Assembly (NCBI GenBank): GCA_950097015.1
Contig: CATNEN010000002.1
Coordinates: 3,348,001-3,412,000 of the forward strand
Reading direction: 5' to 3'
DNA length: 64,000 bases
DNA from: Macrostomum hystrix
Taxonomy: Eukaryota; Animalia; Platyhelminthes
A program made the translations under genes and the position numbers. The notes beneath the pieces were generated by a model. That model was given only the letters and a program-made list of their open reading frames with translations. It did not search any database and was not told the origin of the DNA. Below are positions 59,847 to 64,000 of the stretch, piece by piece. Numbering within the stretch: the stretch's first letter is position 1; each line of letters begins with the position of its first letter.

Positions 59847-61665
59847 ATGCTTCAACAGCTGCTGCTGCTGCTGCTGATCAGCTGCAATCATGCCAGCCAG
59901 GCACTGATCTGGGGCAGCAGCTGCAGCACAGCCTACACTCTGGAGCCGCATGGCCAATGCTTCTTCCCGTCACAGGGAGCCCACGGCAAAATTGTTCAGT
60001 GCAAGAAGAATGACGGTGGGGGCGGCGGCGGTGCAGGTGGCGTCAGCGTCGGTTCCGACGCCTGGTGGTGCCCTACGACGTCAAACTACTGCGCGGATGC
60101 GGCCTACAAATGGTGCCCAGCAACTGCTAGCACCTTCGCTGGCAGTGATCCCGGACGCGACTGTCACTTCCCCTTCTGGTACAAGGGCGTTGAGTATCGC
60201 CACTGCCTGCGACTGGACACTGCGGGCGGTGAGCTGGACCTCTGGGTAGAATGTGTCAATTTGTAGAATGTGCAGTCTATGGGTAGAATGTGTCTATGGG
60301 TAGAATGTGTCTATGGGTAGAATGCGTCAATGGGTAGAATGTGTCTATGGGTAGAATGCGTCTATGGGTAGAATGCGTCAATGGGTAGAATGTGTCAATG
60401 TGTAGAATGTGTCTATGGGTAGAATGTGTCTATGGGTAGAATGTGTCTATGGGTAGAATGTGTCAATGTGTAGAATGTGTCTATGGGTAGAATGTGTCTA
60501 TGGGTAGAATGTGTCTATGGGTAGAATGTGTCAATGTGTAGAATGTGTCTATGGGTAGAATGACCAAAGTGATACATATTTGAACTGACCACAGATGATT
60601 TACATATGCAGTTTGGGTTAATTTTCAAATATATATCTATTCATAAGTCAAAGTTTAATCAAAAGTTTAATTTTGGGTTCGTAACAAAACCTGCATTCAA
60701 ATCATCCTGCAACCCCGTGATATCCCCCAGAGAATTATCTGTGGTGCTCAACCACACCGGGCAACTACTCGGGTCGTTGGACCCGATGCCGCGAGCTGCC
60801 GGACCTCATGCCCTGCCATTTCGCTACGATGACTGATCCGCAGCCGTCATTGTCAACCTCGTCGTCAACCAACTTCAACTCCGCCGCCGCTACCAGCGCG
60901 GACATTCAGCAACAGTGCGTTCGCCTCGCCGACGCGTGGACCTGTCGCACCAGCGTCGGACGGCTGCGACGGTGCCCTGACACGCCCAGCACCGAGGGCG
61001 GCAATGATCCGGGAAGACCGTGTCACTTCCCATTCAGCCTGGGCGGCAGCTATCACAGGCAGTGCGTCAATCTGCAGCCAGCCAGAGCTGACGTCTGGGC
61101 TGCCAACGAAAGCCGGATGGTCGGCTTCAAATGGTGTGCCACCACTGACAGCTTCGATCGGGACCGGCTTTGGACGCGATGCCGCCAGCCGATTCCGCCC
61201 GGACTCAGTGGTCTGCGACTGCTGCTGGTAGCTGCTGGCGGGCTGCTCTCGACTTCCTGTGTGGCGGCGTGCGTCCTGTACTGCTCCTGCGAGCCATCGG
61301 CTCCGCTGCAGCGCTGCTTGCGACGGCGTCGGCGTCGTCAGATTAGTCGAAATGGAGACCAGGCGCTGACGGGCCGCCTGGCTGTCGGCGAACTCGACGT
61401 TAATGCTGGCAGCGGCCGTGGTGGCAAGATTCGCCGTCGACGAGCGCCTTCGCCAACAGCGCCGCACGCGGACGAGTTGGATGCCGAGGATGCTCAGGGC
61501 CGCCTGCCGACGTACGAGGAGGTCCTGGCTCTGTCAGCAATGGAGCAGGTTTTGCCGCATCCACCGCCGCCACCGCCGCTGCTGTCGCAGCTGTTCAGTA
61601 TTGAATCCGGCGGTAGCGTAGTCAAGACAGTCAGCTTCGACGACTCGGGTGGAGTGCCCGTGTGA
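59847..61665 (+). CDS. Type I membrane protein with fibronectin type II (FN2) domains, two exons 59847-60228 and 60731-61665, ~438 aa
   Basis: Leader MLQQLLLLLLISCNHASQA; FN2 DCHFPFWYKGVEYRHC..G|ENYLWCSTT..WTRC across a phase-1 intron; FN2 PCHFPFSLGGSYHRQC..KWCATTDSFDRDRLWTRC; two degenerate FN2-like units; hydrophobic LLLVAAGGLLSTSCVAACVLYC; RRRRRR stop-transfer; cytoplasmic LPTYEEV and poly-Pro. Confidence 0.82.
60243..60562. repeat. 17-bp minisatellite (GGGTAGAATGTGTCTAT)n in the FN2-gene intron
   Basis: About 18 units; the same unit recurs at 62430-62998. Confidence 0.95.
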
Positions 61666-61802
61666 CATTTTCATTAGGCTGTCAGCGATACTCTTTGGTA
61701 TTAGTTCTCTAGGAATTGCCTGCTTTTGCATTCTTTCCTGGCATTATGCTAGCATTTTTCACCACTCATTTCAGTAAAAAATACATTTACGAGCTACATT
61801 CG

Positions 61803-62032
61803 TCACTCTTCTCACACCCATGTTGGTCACTCTTCTCACACCCATGTTGGTCACTCTTCTCACACCCATGTTGGTCACTCTTCTCACACCCATGTTGGTC
61901 ACTCTTCTCACACCCATGTTGGTCACTCTTCTCACACCCATGTTGGTCACTCTTCTCACACCCATGTTGGTCACTCTTCTCACACCCATGTTGGTCACTC
62001 TTCTCACACCCATGTTGGTCACTCTTCTCTCA
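61803..62032. repeat. 24-bp tandem (CACTCTTCTCACACCCATGTTGGT) ~9.5 copies
   Basis: Perfect units are visible. Confidence 0.97.
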
Positions 62033-62429
62033 ACTAGTTTTTCACTCTTCAGTTCAATAAAATTTCAAATAATGAAATGAGAAATCATTATGGTGATTTT
62101 TCAAGTCTTTCCTAGTTGGCTGTGATTGATTCTGTAGAAAAACTAACAGTGCTGAAACAGCAAATTATAAAAGGACAGGAGTAAAAAACTGCGTGTTAAT
62201 ATTTACATGTACTGGCGCAGCGCTGTCGTATTTTCTGCTGTCTAATTATAAGAAACTTATCTAAGTCGTTTTGATATGGCATATAATATCTCATCTTATA
62301 TCTCATCTTATCTTATACTCGTACCTATCATATAATGGTTGCCGAGTAAAAACTGCAGTTAACGAGATTAGATGACGACAGTTGAAATACAGCTAAAAAT
62401 TGACGTTATAGAATGTTATGGAATGGAAT

Positions 62430-62998
62430 GGAATGAATAGAGTAGAATGTGTCTAGGAGTAGAATGTGTTAATGGGTAGAATGTGTCTATGGGTAGAATG
62501 TGACTATGGGTAGAATTTGTCTCTGGGTAGAATGTGTCTATGGGTAGAATGTGTCTATGGGTAGAATGTGTCAATGTGTAGAATGTGTCTATGGGTAGAA
62601 TGTGTCTATGGGTAGAATGCGTCAATGGGTAGAATGCGTCAATGGGTAGAATGTGTCTATGGGTAGAATGTGTCTATGGGTAGAATGTGTCTATGGGTAG
62701 AATGTGCCTATGGGTAGAATGTGTCAATGGGTAGAATGCGTCAATGGGTAGAATGCGTCAATGGGTAGAATGTGTCTATGGGTAGAATGTGTCTATGGGT
62801 AGAATGTGTCTATGTGTAGAATGTGTCTATGGGTAGAATGCGTCTATGGGTAGAATGTGTCTATGGGTAGAATGTGTCTATGGGTAGAATGTGTCTATGG
62901 GTAGAATGTGTCTATGTGTAGAATGTGTCTATGGGTAGAATGCGTCTATGGGTAGAATGTGTCTATGGGTAGAATGAGTCTATGGGTAGAATGTGGTA
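62430..62998. repeat. 17-bp minisatellite (GGGTAGAATGTGTCTAT)n, ~33 units
   Basis: Directly visible. Confidence 0.95.
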
Positions 62999-63416
62999 GA
63001 ATATATCCCAATCTTAGACACTTGTATTCATAGAATTTACTAATTCGTTAACATACAATCGTAAACGGATCCTAATGATTGACTGTGCAAAAGCATATAA
63101 TGTGCTAATATTAAAACTATATAATATCATGTTAGTAATTATATAATGGTACATAACTACTCCTAGAAATTTATAAATTCTCACACATGTGCCAGTTTCA
63201 TAGACTGTCTCGTGTGAAGAACTCGCAGCTTAAACAGAAGCTGCACTCGCGGTTGATGACCTCGGGTTCGATTTTATAGCCGGCATGAAATTGCTTTGCG
63301 TCTTTTACCCGGCCAAGAAAGAGCTCGGAGTCAATCTGCAGTTCTGCTCATAGACCCATGAGAACACTTGTACACTTGGAGTAGGACAAGGTCACACTGA
63401 TCTCATGCTCAATATC

Positions 63417-63533
63417 GACTGACTGACTGACTGACTGACTGACTGACTGACTGACTGACTGACTGACTGACTGACTGACTGACTGACTGACTGACTGACT
63501 GACTGACTGACTGACTGACTGACTGACTGACTG
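63417..63533. repeat. (GACT)n microsatellite, ~29 units
   Basis: Directly visible. Confidence 0.98.
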
Positions 63534-63779
63534 TCATAGAAAACCCAATAGACAAAAAAAAAAACTTTAAGCTTTTGTTCGCAATAACAATAGCGAGTCA
63601 CTGAAACATTCTGTCGGCCTCTTTGTCGGTTTCTATTTTTCTGTTGAATTTCCTTTGTTTTTAGTCGCATCCTATCTATTGTCTTTTGGGTCGTACTCGT
63701 AGTTTTTTTTTCAAAAAATTATACGAAGTCCGATGCTACTGAACACAGAAAAAATGAACAGAGGGTAAAGACACGATAG

Positions 63780-64000
63780 AGAAAGGGAGAGAAGAGAGGA
63801 GGGAGAGGATAGAAAAGGGAGAGGATAGAGGAGGGAGAGGATAGAGACGGGAAAGGATAGAGAAGGGAGAGAATAGCGAAGGGAGAGGAGAGTGAGAAGG
63901 GAGAGGATAGAGGAGGGAGAGGATAGAGAAGGGAGAGGATAGAGGAGGGAGAGGATAGAGAAGGGAAATGATAGAGAAGGGAGAGGATAGAGAAGGGAGA
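63780..64000. repeat. Purine-rich ~18-bp repeat (GAGAGGATAGAGAAGGGA)n
   Basis: Directly visible; runs off the window edge. Confidence 0.9.

Overview
Intron-rich, repeat-rich animal genomic DNA, not prokaryotic. It is probably from a free-living flatworm such as Macrostomum; this is an inference from a spliced-leader-like sequence and the repeat landscape. Four host genes can be reconstructed by hand: (1) a 27-exon, ~2,300-aa secreted perlecan-related protein on the minus strand (30627->12374; Ig, LDLa, laminin EGF and laminin B domains, no LamG; includes an 11-nt microexon); (2) Tim10 (+, 50304-50618); (3) a canonical two-exon noggin (-, 56669->54323); (4) a two-exon type I membrane protein with fibronectin type II domains (+, 59847-61665). 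The rest is mostly nested mobile DNA. A DD34D mariner is interrupted by a 350-bp solo LTR whose putative transcript start carries a 30/35 match to the flatworm spliced leader as I recall it (top finding). A 15-kb Mutator-like element has a 9-bp TSD, ~515-bp near-identical TIRs, ~3-kb diverged inverted arms, and a transposase ORF fused in frame to a LINE RT/RNase H. Also present: a 2A-peptide/4xPHD/APE LINE remnant, Ty3/Gypsy remnants, two tRNA-derived SINE families and many mini/microsatellites. All alignments, phases and identities were worked out by eye and need computational confirmation.
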